Shown here piece by piece: positions 16,155-24,595 of a stretch of DNA of 32,323 nt. This DNA comes from Armatimonadota bacterium (GTDB lineage: Bacteria; Armatimonadota; Abditibacteriia; CG2-30-59-28). The notes below the pieces were generated by a model. It had not been told where the DNA came from, made no database searches, and was given only the letters and a program-made list of their open reading frames with translations. The position numbers and the translations under genes were made by a program. Within the stretch, counting starts at the first letter, position 1; each line of letters opens with the position of its first letter. The stretch is taken from the NCBI GenBank assembly GCA_016199605.1, contig JACQGJ010000274.1, forward strand, positions 1 through 32,323, in the 5' to 3' direction.

Positions 16155-17561
16155 ATGAAATCATTGCACAAATCACACGCCGTCAGGTTTGCCGCGCTGG
16201 CCATTGCAGCGCTCATGACTCTTGTGGGAGTATCGGAATTGGTGAAAGGAAGACTCCTGTCTGCAGAGGCGAGAGGTTCCGAGGGCCATTCATCAGTCGC
16301 TCTGCCAGTTCTAACCTCCTCCGGAAAGGCCTCTCCCTTCGGTCTGATGGGACTGGACCGTCCTGAGGAAGCGATGCCTTACATCAAGGATCTTGGATTT
16401 GGTTGGCTACGACTCGCACAAGTTGATTGGGGCCGCTTCGAACCGACTCCAGCGCAATACCAGTGGGGGATGGGAGATCGTTTTGTGGCCTTGGTCAAGC
16501 GGGAGGTTCCGCGTGTTCAACTCCTGGGTACCATTCGTGCCATTAACCCCTGGGCTGTTCCTCAGGAAAACCACGCAGAAATGCTTTCTCGCGCTGCCGG
16601 CAAACCCGAGAATCTTAAGGACTACTATCGCTTCGTATACCAGCTCGTTAAGCACTTTTCCCCTGACATCAACTACTGGCAGATCGAGAACGAGATGGAG
16701 ACGCTACCGATGTGGAAAGATGACGCCGGGGCCTACCTTGAGCTTCTGAAAACAGGTTACCGGGCCGCGAAAGACGCCAACCCAAGTTGCGTCATAATCC
16801 TCGGCGGCTTCACCGACAGAACCATTAACATGCACCTCGGGAAAGTCCATCCTTCGGATGAGGTCGTCGGAGACTGGAGCCCCTTGACACAGAAACAACG
16901 CCTTGAAAGATCGGCCAAGTTTGCGCAAACGGTTCTCGACAAGGGAAGTGCCTACTTCGATATCGTTGATCTACACGCGTACGGGCCCTACACCGAGATC
17001 CCCGAGCTGGTTCAATGGCTCAAGAATGCCATGAAGCGCAATGGCTATCAGAAGCCGATTTGGGCGACAGAGATCAGCGGCCCCACGGAGAAGTATAGTG
17101 AACAGAGGCAGGCTGAGGAAGCAGTGAAGAGGACGATTCTCGCTCTCTCCGAAGGGGTGGAAAAGGTTTTCTGGTTTAGCCTCTTTGACGCGAACACGAA
17201 GCAGGAGAGATTCCGGAAGCTGGGTCTCACGACCCGGGATATGCGGAAGAAACCGGCATACTTTACGTACCGATATATGACCCACCACTTGGACGGCTGC
17301 CGTTTCGTTCAGAAACTGAAGGTGGGACCGGGGGTTCGGGCGTTCCTCTTTCGAAGCGTCAGCGAGGGGGAGAAAGGGGCCCCTGGAAGGAGGGTGGCCG
17401 TCCTGTGGAGTGATACTGGGGGCAGTGTGCAAATCCCTGTCATGGGTAAGAAAGTGACTGTTACAGACTCTGTGGGGAAAGTCCTTGAGACTGCCCCTGC
17501 AAACGCTACAAAGATAGCGCTCAAAGTAGGATCCAGCCCAATCTATGTCGAACAGAAATGA
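16155..17561 (+). CDS. Secreted clan GH-A (TIM-barrel) glycoside hydrolase, PslG/GH5/GH39-like EPS hydrolase candidate
   Basis: Signal peptide (FAALAIAALMTLVGV). Acid/base motif YWQIENEME (Asn-Glu codons 16689-16694). Nucleophile motif PIWATEISGP (Glu codon 17070-17072). C-terminal beta-sandwich-like tail. The exact GH family is not assignable by eye. Confidence 0.7.
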   Translation: MKSLHKSHAVRFAALAIAALMTLVGVSELVKGRLLSAEARGSEGHSSVALPVLTSSGKASPFGLMGLDRPEEAMPYIKDLGFGWLRLAQVDWGRFEPTPAQYQWGMGDRFVALVKREVPRVQLLGTIRAINPWAVPQENHAEMLSRAAGKPENLKDYYRFVYQLVKHFSPDINYWQIENEMETLPMWKDDAGAYLELLKTGYRAAKDANPSCVIILGGFTDRTINMHLGKVHPSDEVVGDWSPLTQKQRLERSAKFAQTVLDKGSAYFDIVDLHAYGPYTEIPELVQWLKNAMKRNGYQKPIWATEISGPTEKYSEQRQAEEAVKRTILALSEGVEKVFWFSLFDANTKQERFRKLGLTTRDMRKKPAYFTYRYMTHHLDGCRFVQKLKVGPGVRAFLFRSVSEGEKGAPGRRVAVLWSDTGGSVQIPVMGKKVTVTDSVGKVLETAPANATKIALKVGSSPIYVEQK

Positions 17562-17691
17562 CTCCTGGGGGAACCCCAGAACTGCCCCACATCCCCGATC
17601 AGTGTTGGACTTCCTACTGTTTTATTGCTCGTAATCTCGGCGCCGACAGTTCTGCAGGCAAACCTGATATCGGGGCAGGAGTTGACGCTAC

Positions 17692-17904
17692 ATGTTCGAA
17701 CGTTTGTTGGGTGACAGGAAAGACAGCATCGGTTCACGTGCGACGGTTCTGTGCAGCGACCGCCACGACAGGTACAGCATTGCATTGGAGAGCGACCGCG
17801 TGCAGGTTTTCGAATGGGGAGGACGAAAAGTCCTGATTGAGACAGGAGAACGCAAGGTCACGCTGGACCTCGGCCCGAGACCGGTGTTTCTGGTGGAACT
17901 CTAA
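17692..17904 (+). CDS. 70-aa ORF resembling only the C-terminal tail module of the neighbouring GH (orphan module or gene remnant)
   Basis: ..RATVLCSDRHDRYSIALESDRVQVFEWGGRKVLIETGERKVTLDLGPRPVFLVEL parallels ..RVAVLWSDTGGSVQIPVMGKKVTVTDSVGKVLET..KIALKVGSSPIYVEQ. Its TAA stop is 2 nt before ATG 17907 of the next gene. Confidence 0.3.
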   Translation: MFERLLGDRKDSIGSRATVLCSDRHDRYSIALESDRVQVFEWGGRKVLIETGERKVTLDLGPRPVFLVEL

Positions 17905-17906
17905 GC

Positions 17907-18995
17907 ATGTACCGACACTCCGACTCTCTGACATATCGGCATTTACAGCCCGACGACGTCGGTCCCTGCTCCCGGTTGCTTTCCAGCATCTTCGGCTCCT
18001 CTGTCTCCGCAGAAGACCTTTTCTGGAAATCCTTCCAGAACCCCAACAACGCTTCGCACGCGTGGGTGGGGCTGAGTGACGGTGAGATCGTCGGTCTGCT
18101 GAACGTGATCCCCCGGCGAATCCAGGTCGGCTCCCATCGCGGCCTGGCTTTCGAGGCGACGGATGTCGTCGTGAAACCTCTCCATCGCGCTCAAGGGGTA
18201 CTCGTCATCAAGGAGATGACTCGCCTGATGTCAGAGGAGGTCAGTAGCAGAGGCGACACTCTGTTGCTTTACGGTGTGCCTAACCGCTTGTTCTACCCCT
18301 ACTCCAAGAAGTTCCTCCGTTACCAGTCTGTGATGGCGGTGCCCCAACTCGCGCTTGTTCTCAACCCGGCGGCGCCGCTGCTGCGGCGCATACCGGGGTC
18401 GAGGAAGCTGTGTCGCGGGTCGGGGTTGTGTCGCATACCGATTGCCCGCGCCGTCACCTTCGGCATGACCCGGAGAACCGACCTCGAGGTTGTCCACCTC
18501 AACCGGTTTGGCGCGGACTGTGACGCTCTATGGGAGGCATCAGCGGATCAGTTTGACATCATCATCCAACGGACCTCGGAGCAGCTCAACTGGCGTTTTG
18601 TTCAGCGTCCATCGAGAGAATACCGGATCGTGAGCGTTCGAGATTCGAGCGCCTTGAGAGGATATGCGGTACTCGGCTTCACCCAGGATGCCTCACTCCG
18701 CAAAGCATACGTCGCTGACTTCTTTACGGCGCCCAACGACCAACAGGCTGCCCGACTGCTGATTCGGAGCGCAGTTCTCATCTGCGCCCGTGGTGGTGCC
18801 GACGTGGTGACCTGTTGGGCTCAACCCGGCTCTCCCTTCTATGGGCTGTGGCGAAGAGGCGGTTTCTTGCCGAATCCCCAGTCCAGGCATTTAGTCACCC
18901 GTGCCTTTGACCTGGACGCAATACCGGGCGAAGCTGAGAGACTATTTCAGCCGCGTCGATGGTACGTTACCCACAGCGAGCATGACATTTATTAA
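17907..18995 (+). CDS. GNAT-family acyltransferase, two-lobed (362 aa)
   Basis: N-terminal lobe with AWVGLSDGEIVGLLNVIP..FEATDVVVKPLHRAQGVLVIKEM (an R-x-x-G-x-type acyl-CoA motif). The second lobe looks GNAT-like (LRGYAVLGF..AYVADFF..AARLLIRSAV..GADVVTCW). Confidence 0.65.
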   Translation: MYRHSDSLTYRHLQPDDVGPCSRLLSSIFGSSVSAEDLFWKSFQNPNNASHAWVGLSDGEIVGLLNVIPRRIQVGSHRGLAFEATDVVVKPLHRAQGVLVIKEMTRLMSEEVSSRGDTLLLYGVPNRLFYPYSKKFLRYQSVMAVPQLALVLNPAAPLLRRIPGSRKLCRGSGLCRIPIARAVTFGMTRRTDLEVVHLNRFGADCDALWEASADQFDIIIQRTSEQLNWRFVQRPSREYRIVSVRDSSALRGYAVLGFTQDASLRKAYVADFFTAPNDQQAARLLIRSAVLICARGGADVVTCWAQPGSPFYGLWRRGGFLPNPQSRHLVTRAFDLDAIPGEAERLFQPRRWYVTHSEHDIY

Positions 18996-19018
18996 CTCGA
19001 GAATACAGGTTTGCAGGT

Positions 19019-20773
19019 ATGGATCAATCAACCAAACGTCGCATGGTCATCATTGGAGTAGATGGGGCCACGTTCGATCTGATCAAGCCCTGGGTTGCGG
19101 AGGGCAAGCTGCCCACCTTTGCGCGCATGCTGCGGGAGGGCACTCATGCACCTTTGAGGTCCGTCATCAGTCAACGTAGTGCCGCCGCCTGGACCTCCTT
19201 CGCCACTGGCAAGAATCCCGGGAAGCATGGGATCTACGATTTCTGGCATCGGGTCCCCCACAGCTACGCGATTCGTTTCATCAACGGCAGCGCCCGGATC
19301 GGCAAGGCGGTTTGGGACTATGTCAGCGACGAGTGCGGGCGCGCCATCGTCATGAACGTCCCGATGACCTACCCGGCCAAGCCGGTGAACGGGATACTGA
19401 TCTCCGGCATGGATGCCCCGGGAATCGACAGCGCAAGCTTCAGTTATCCCCCGGAGGCAATCGATGAATTGCTTAAGGCTAACGGCGGATACGTAATCGA
19501 GCCGGGAGTCACCAGTCTTTGCATCGCTGGGAAGTATGGCGAGGCGATTTCCGCTATGAAGCAGGCAGCGGAACTTCGCTATCTGGCTGCCAGGCACTTG
19601 ATGGAGAATCACCCTTGGGACCTGTTCATCGTCGTCTTTAGGGAGACGGATCCCATTCAGCATACCTTCTGGAAGTTCATGGATTCCACCCACCCTGACC
19701 ACGATCCTGAGTTGGCAGCGTTATACGGAGAAGCGATCTTCGAGGTTTACGATCAACTGGATCGTCTCATCGGACAACTCATTGACAAGGTTCCCTCCGG
19801 TGTGCCCGTTCTGGTTCTCTCGGATCATGGCTTCGGAATCAACCAGGGCGGGAATGAGCATTTGCCTGCGTGGCTGGAGGGCAGGGGCTTGATGCGATTC
19901 ACAACCGCGGAGGCGGGGCGTCGTTTCGGACAATTTGGGGGCTTCCTGCAGACGCTGGTTGTGCACGGGATCTCCGCCCTCTTTGACCAGGTCCATCGCC
20001 GGACGAGCCGAAAGACCAAAGAAAGGCTCAGTCGATGGTTCCCTCAGGTACGTGAAAAAGTGCAAGCGCATCTAACCCTTGGAGGCGTCGACTGGTCCAC
20101 GACGCTTGCCTTCGCGGACGGAGCACGAGAGAACATCTGGATCAACCTGAAAGGACGCGAGCCGGAAGGCATCGTCGAGCCGGGCGAGGATTACGATGCG
20201 TTGGTATCCAGAATTGCCAAGGAACTTTTGGTGATGACAGATATCAAAACAGGAGAACCTGTTGTCGAAGCCGTTCACCGAGGGACTGAGGTCTATCATG
20301 GGGACTACCTGGACCAGGCCGCCGACCTGATTATTCAGTGGAAGGAGCATACCGTAATCTCCGGACTGGCGTCACCCGACGAGGATCCAAAGGGAAGGCG
20401 GAGTCACCGAAGAGTATGCTATCTGCCCGGGGAAGAGGCACGGCACATCAGCGGATATCATCGGTTGCACGGGATTCTCATCGCCGTGGGTGAAGGGATA
20501 AAACGTGGAACCCATGTTCCAGAAGCGGAGATCGTAGACATTGCTCCGACGATTCTGCACATGATGGGACTTGGGGTCCCGGAGGATATGGATGGGAGAA
20601 TTCTCACGGAAATCCTTCTCGACGAAACGCAGGCCGTCACGGTGAGAAGGGGGACCAATGGAATCGCAGAGGCAGGCGCTGAGCCGGCCTTAACGCAAGG
20701 CGAGGAGGAGGTCTACTCGGAGGAAGATGCAGCGAAAATCGCTGAGCGTCTGAAGGGATTGGGATATCTGTAG
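19019..20773 (+). CDS. Alkaline-phosphatase-superfamily protein (phosphodiesterase/nucleotide pyrophosphatase-like), paralogue 2
   Basis: MVIIGVDGATFDLIKPWVAEGKLPTF, SQRSAAAWTSFATGKNPGKHGIYDF, VLVLSDHGFG, SGYHRLHG, and tail YSEEDAAKIAERLKGLGYL. Confidence 0.8.
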   Translation: MDQSTKRRMVIIGVDGATFDLIKPWVAEGKLPTFARMLREGTHAPLRSVISQRSAAAWTSFATGKNPGKHGIYDFWHRVPHSYAIRFINGSARIGKAVWDYVSDECGRAIVMNVPMTYPAKPVNGILISGMDAPGIDSASFSYPPEAIDELLKANGGYVIEPGVTSLCIAGKYGEAISAMKQAAELRYLAARHLMENHPWDLFIVVFRETDPIQHTFWKFMDSTHPDHDPELAALYGEAIFEVYDQLDRLIGQLIDKVPSGVPVLVLSDHGFGINQGGNEHLPAWLEGRGLMRFTTAEAGRRFGQFGGFLQTLVVHGISALFDQVHRRTSRKTKERLSRWFPQVREKVQAHLTLGGVDWSTTLAFADGARENIWINLKGREPEGIVEPGEDYDALVSRIAKELLVMTDIKTGEPVVEAVHRGTEVYHGDYLDQAADLIIQWKEHTVISGLASPDEDPKGRRSHRRVCYLPGEEARHISGYHRLHGILIAVGEGIKRGTHVPEAEIVDIAPTILHMMGLGVPEDMDGRILTEILLDETQAVTVRRGTNGIAEAGAEPALTQGEEEVYSEEDAAKIAERLKGLGYL

Positions 20774-20779
20774 CCTATT

Positions 20780-22525
20780 ATGAGCAACCACGGAGATTCA
20801 GCCAACGGCAAGCGACGGCTGTTTGTATTTGGGATAGACGGGGCGACCTTCGACCTGATCAAACCTTGGGCCGCGGAGGGGAAGCTTCCTACGTTTGAGC
20901 GTCTCCTCGCGAGAGGCGCCCACGCTCCCGTTCGTTCGACTCCCAACCAACGTAGCGCGTCGGCCTGGGCCTCGCTCGTAACCGGCAAGAATCCCGGGAA
21001 ACACGGCATCCTCGAGTTCTGGGATCGGTTGTCGAACTCCTACGAGATCCAGTTCACCAACGGAAGCTGGAGGGACGGGAAGTCTCTGTGGGAATTGATG
21101 AATGACACAGGTCGCCAGACGACAGTGATCAATGTGCCCATGACCTACCCGGCGCGTCCCTTGAACGGGGTGTTGATCGCTGGAATCGACTCCCCGGGAA
21201 TCGACAGCGATGGTTTCTGCTATCCTCCCGGAGTGATCAAGGAGATACTGCAAAGGAATGGGAACTACATCCTGGAGCCCGGGGTCGCCACCCTTGCGCT
21301 CACGGGCCGCGAAGGAGAAGTCTGGGATCTCGTCCGAGAATGTACAGTTCTTCGCAAGAAGGCAGCGGATTACCTGATGGACAGTTGTCCGTGGGATTTT
21401 TTCATGGTTATCTATCGCGCAGCGGATGCCGTACAGCATTTTTTCTGGAAGCATATCGATCCGAAACACCCGCGGTATTGCAGAGAAGAGGCGGAGAAGT
21501 ATGGAGATGTGATTCTGAAGCTTTACCAGCAACTGGACGAGCTTCTCGCCGACACCCTTCTCCAGATCGACGAGGATACGACGCTTGTGGTCGTGTCGGA
21601 TCACGGCTTTGGACACAATCAGGGAGCTAATGCGCACTTGTACAACTGGTTGGAGGACCTGGGATTGATGGCGTTCCTGGACGAAAGTCACAGGGGAGGC
21701 TTCGGGAATCGGCTTCGGTCGATCTGCTTGCGGAGCCTTGCCGGAGTATATCGACAGATACAGCGACACACGGATCGGCGCATGAAAGAAAGGCTTTGGA
21801 GGCTGTTCCCGGGGCTCAGAAACAAAGTGCAATCCAAGCTCTGGTACGCGGAGATCGATTGGTCCAGAACCCGGGTCTACTCTGACATCGCCCGGGAAAG
21901 CCTGTGGGTGAATCTGAGGGGGCGTGAGCCGCGGGGGATCGTGGAGCCAGGTCAAGAATCTGAAGAGATCCTCAAGTTTGTGGAGGATCAACTGATGGCT
22001 TGCACCGATCCCCTGAGCGGGGAGAAAGTTGTGGAGCAGGTACATCGCAAGGAGGAACTGTACCACGGACCGTACGTCTGTCGAGCCCCGGACTTGAATA
22101 TCGAATGGAGACCCGACGTTTACATCGGCGGTATGGTTTCGCCGGCGTGTCGATCACGAAGCGACCGCGACCGTTCCGGTGGATCGGTTGCACGAAAGCC
22201 AGCCGAGAAGTTCCTGATTACCTCAGGGCAACATCGACCTCACGGAATCTTCCTTGCCTATGGCAAGGACATCCAACCGGGGTGTCGTCAGAACGAACTC
22301 AACATTGTGGATGTGGCTCCCACGCTGCTTCATCTGATGGGGATCCCGATCCCAGATGATATGGATGGCATCGTCGCGACGGACATCGTCAGCCCGACGG
22401 CAGAATTGGGGCCGCCTCAGTACGTTCCTGCGAGTTCCTTTGACAGTCCCGGTGAGTCCTCCCACTACTCTGAGGATGAGTCTGGCGTGGTGGAAGACCG
22501 ATTGCGAGGGTTGGGGTATCTGTAA
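20780..22525 (+). CDS. Alkaline-phosphatase-superfamily protein (phosphodiesterase/nucleotide pyrophosphatase-like), paralogue 3
   Basis: LFVFGIDGATFDLIKPWAAEGKLPTF, NQRSASAWASLVTGKNPGKHGILEF, LVVVSDHGFG, SGQHRPHG, and tail YSEDESGVVEDRLRGLGYL. It starts 6 nt after the paralogue 2 stop. Confidence 0.8.
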   Translation: MSNHGDSANGKRRLFVFGIDGATFDLIKPWAAEGKLPTFERLLARGAHAPVRSTPNQRSASAWASLVTGKNPGKHGILEFWDRLSNSYEIQFTNGSWRDGKSLWELMNDTGRQTTVINVPMTYPARPLNGVLIAGIDSPGIDSDGFCYPPGVIKEILQRNGNYILEPGVATLALTGREGEVWDLVRECTVLRKKAADYLMDSCPWDFFMVIYRAADAVQHFFWKHIDPKHPRYCREEAEKYGDVILKLYQQLDELLADTLLQIDEDTTLVVVSDHGFGHNQGANAHLYNWLEDLGLMAFLDESHRGGFGNRLRSICLRSLAGVYRQIQRHTDRRMKERLWRLFPGLRNKVQSKLWYAEIDWSRTRVYSDIARESLWVNLRGREPRGIVEPGQESEEILKFVEDQLMACTDPLSGEKVVEQVHRKEELYHGPYVCRAPDLNIEWRPDVYIGGMVSPACRSRSDRDRSGGSVARKPAEKFLITSGQHRPHGIFLAYGKDIQPGCRQNELNIVDVAPTLLHLMGIPIPDDMDGIVATDIVSPTAELGPPQYVPASSFDSPGESSHYSEDESGVVEDRLRGLGYL

Positions 22526-22529
22526 AGGG

Positions 22530-23708
22530 ATGGGACCTTCGGAACGTGTAGTCATGCTGTTCTCCAATTCGTTCGAGCCGTTCCAGGGCCGTTACCATCG
22601 GGTCTATAACGAAGCGAGGGTCCTGATCACTCACGGGTTTCATGTCACCCTGCTCGCCTGGGACCGTGGCTTGCACTGCAAGCCCATAGAAACAGTCGAC
22701 GGGATTGAGGTTCGACGGTTTCGACTGAAAGCGGGTGAAAAGACCGGACCACGGTTGCTGCCAAAGCTATTGCTTTACTGGCTTTGGATCTTGCGGGACC
22801 TGGGGAGGGAACCGTGCGAAGTGCTGCACCTTCACAACATTGACGTGCTCCCCCTGGGTGTGTTCGTTAAGTGGACCCGCAAAGCCGTGGTCCTTCTCGA
22901 TGTCTGCGAGCCGGATTACTACACGTTGTGGGACGACCGACTGACTCCCTTGGTAAGGATGATCGCCGCGATGGAACGAGGCCTGTCACGACGAGTGGAC
23001 GCGGTGCTCGTCCACAATCGCTACCAAGTCCGCAAGTACAATGCCTGGGGCATCGGGACCCTTGAGCAAGTGGGGAGTTACCCCACCTCGTCCATGATCC
23101 AAGCCAAGCCGAGACCTGGGGGTGAAGAGGTTCGGACAATTACGTTCGGGACCGTTGGAACCTTCTTCCACAACTCCGGCGGTGAAGAAACGATAGCCGC
23201 CTTCGGTGAGTTGGCCTCCAGGCACGATCAAGTACGGCTCCTGCTCGCAGGTCGTGTCATGGAATACTACCGGGAACATTTTGAGGACCTCCTTCGTCCA
23301 TTGGGTGACAGAGTCGAGGCAACCGGAGCGTTCGATTCGGCGAGGATTCCTGAGATGTACCAGAGAATTGACGTCTCGGTGATGGTTTGCAGACGGGATC
23401 GCTGGTACCGCAACATCACCCCAACCAAGTTCTTCGACTCGCTCGCCAACGGTGTACCGGTGATTGCCTCTGATATCGGAGGGTTGGGTGAGCTTATCTC
23501 TGAGATCGGATGCGGAATCGTTGTCGATGAGACAAGAACCTCCCAAATCGCCGGAGCTATGGAATATATGATTGAGCACCCCATTGAACGGGCGGCAATG
23601 GGAGAGCGGGCTCTGGCCGCAGCGCGAACGCAATACAACTTCGAGAAGTCGGGACAGCGTCTCCTCAAAGTTTACCGGTCCCTGACCGGCGTCAGCAGTA
23701 GTAGTTAG
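22530..23708 (+). CDS. Glycosyltransferase, GT4 family (WbuB-like subgroup)
   Basis: VVMLFSNSFEPFQGRYHRVYNEARVLITHGFHVTLLAWDR. The C-terminal lobe has TPTKFFDSLANGVPVIASDIGGLGELI instead of the classical E-x7-E. The start is set at ATG 22530, 4 nt after the upstream stop. The ORF-track start at 22356 overlaps the preceding gene. Confidence 0.8.
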   Translation: MGPSERVVMLFSNSFEPFQGRYHRVYNEARVLITHGFHVTLLAWDRGLHCKPIETVDGIEVRRFRLKAGEKTGPRLLPKLLLYWLWILRDLGREPCEVLHLHNIDVLPLGVFVKWTRKAVVLLDVCEPDYYTLWDDRLTPLVRMIAAMERGLSRRVDAVLVHNRYQVRKYNAWGIGTLEQVGSYPTSSMIQAKPRPGGEEVRTITFGTVGTFFHNSGGEETIAAFGELASRHDQVRLLLAGRVMEYYREHFEDLLRPLGDRVEATGAFDSARIPEMYQRIDVSVMVCRRDRWYRNITPTKFFDSLANGVPVIASDIGGLGELISEIGCGIVVDETRTSQIAGAMEYMIEHPIERAAMGERALAAARTQYNFEKSGQRLLKVYRSLTGVSSSS

Positions 23709-23765
23709 TCATATCTCATCGACAACCGCATCGCGATGACCTTAACGGGTGGTACCGAATAAATC

Positions 23766-24488
23766 ATGGAAGAACTCCGAAGCAGTCACGTCACAGCAAT
23801 ACCGAGAGAGCGATATGAGGAGAATCGCGGCACACTCCAGCTTGCAGACCACGCGCTCCCGGTTTATAGGACCGAGGGTCTCTATGCACGATGGATCAAG
23901 CGGGCTTTCGACATCGCTGGGTCCCTTGTGCTGATTGTCCTGGTCAGCCCGGTTCTGCTGATCGTGGCCCTGGGTGTAAAGCTCACCTCGAAAGGTCCCG
24001 TGCTATTTCTCCAGGAGCGCGTCGGAAAAGGCGGAAGACTCTTCAGTTTCGTTAAATTCCGGTCGATGCATGTGAACCAGGAGGAGTTCCCGGTCAACGA
24101 GACAGTCAAGGACATGGCGGAGCACGGGCTACTGTTCAAGGTCGAAGACGATCCGCGTGTGACTCCCTTTGGCCGGATCATCCGCAAGACGTCGGTTGAT
24201 GAATTGCCTCAGCTCTTCAATGTTCTCCTGGGAGATATGAGTTTTGTGGGTCCCCGACCGTTGGTTGATTTCATGTTCATCAGGCATCCCGAAGAGAAGG
24301 AAATCCGATGTCTGGTTCGTCCCGGGATCACGGGTTTCTGGCAAGTATTTGCCCGGTCTGACAGCACCGCGCTTCACCAGATGCTGGAATATGACGTGCG
24401 CTATGTAGAGAAAGTATCCTTGTGGACTGACCTGAAGCTGATGCTGCTGACCATCCCTGCAGTGATCTCGTGCCGCGGCGCGAAGTAG
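23766..24488 (+). CDS. Initiating phosphoglycosyl transferase (bacterial sugar transferase family, small WbaP/EpsL-like PGT)
   Basis: KRAFDIAGSLVLIVLVSPVLLIVALGVKLTSKGPVLFLQERVGKGGRLFSFVKFRSM, DPRVTPFGRIIRKTSVDELPQLFNVLLGDMSFVGPRP. Confidence 0.85.
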   Translation: MEELRSSHVTAIPRERYEENRGTLQLADHALPVYRTEGLYARWIKRAFDIAGSLVLIVLVSPVLLIVALGVKLTSKGPVLFLQERVGKGGRLFSFVKFRSMHVNQEEFPVNETVKDMAEHGLLFKVEDDPRVTPFGRIIRKTSVDELPQLFNVLLGDMSFVGPRPLVDFMFIRHPEEKEIRCLVRPGITGFWQVFARSDSTALHQMLEYDVRYVEKVSLWTDLKLMLLTIPAVISCRGAK

Positions 24489-24595
24489 GTTGTCGGAGGA
24501 TCACACGAGGGAATCCCTACCCAAGCTGCCGCGAACGAACTTGGTGTAACACCCCCATAGGACACGACGTCTCCCCCGGTGTGGTCACCCGACTT

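Noticed and set aside
20798-22066. 422-aa minus-strand ORF. Similar long antisense ORFs lie at 11635-12444, 12886-13677, 13915-14565, 19028-19702 and 22986-23633.
   Set aside because: All lie fully antisense to strongly supported plus-strand genes with clear family motifs. Their translations are Arg/Pro/Gly-rich with no recognisable domain. These are typical shadow ORFs of GC-rich DNA.
22356-22529. The N-terminal extension of the second GT4 (ORF-track start at 22356).
   Set aside because: It overlaps the last 170 nt of the preceding AlkP paralogue in another frame. ATG 22530 lies 4 nt after that gene's stop and begins the conserved GT4 N-terminus.
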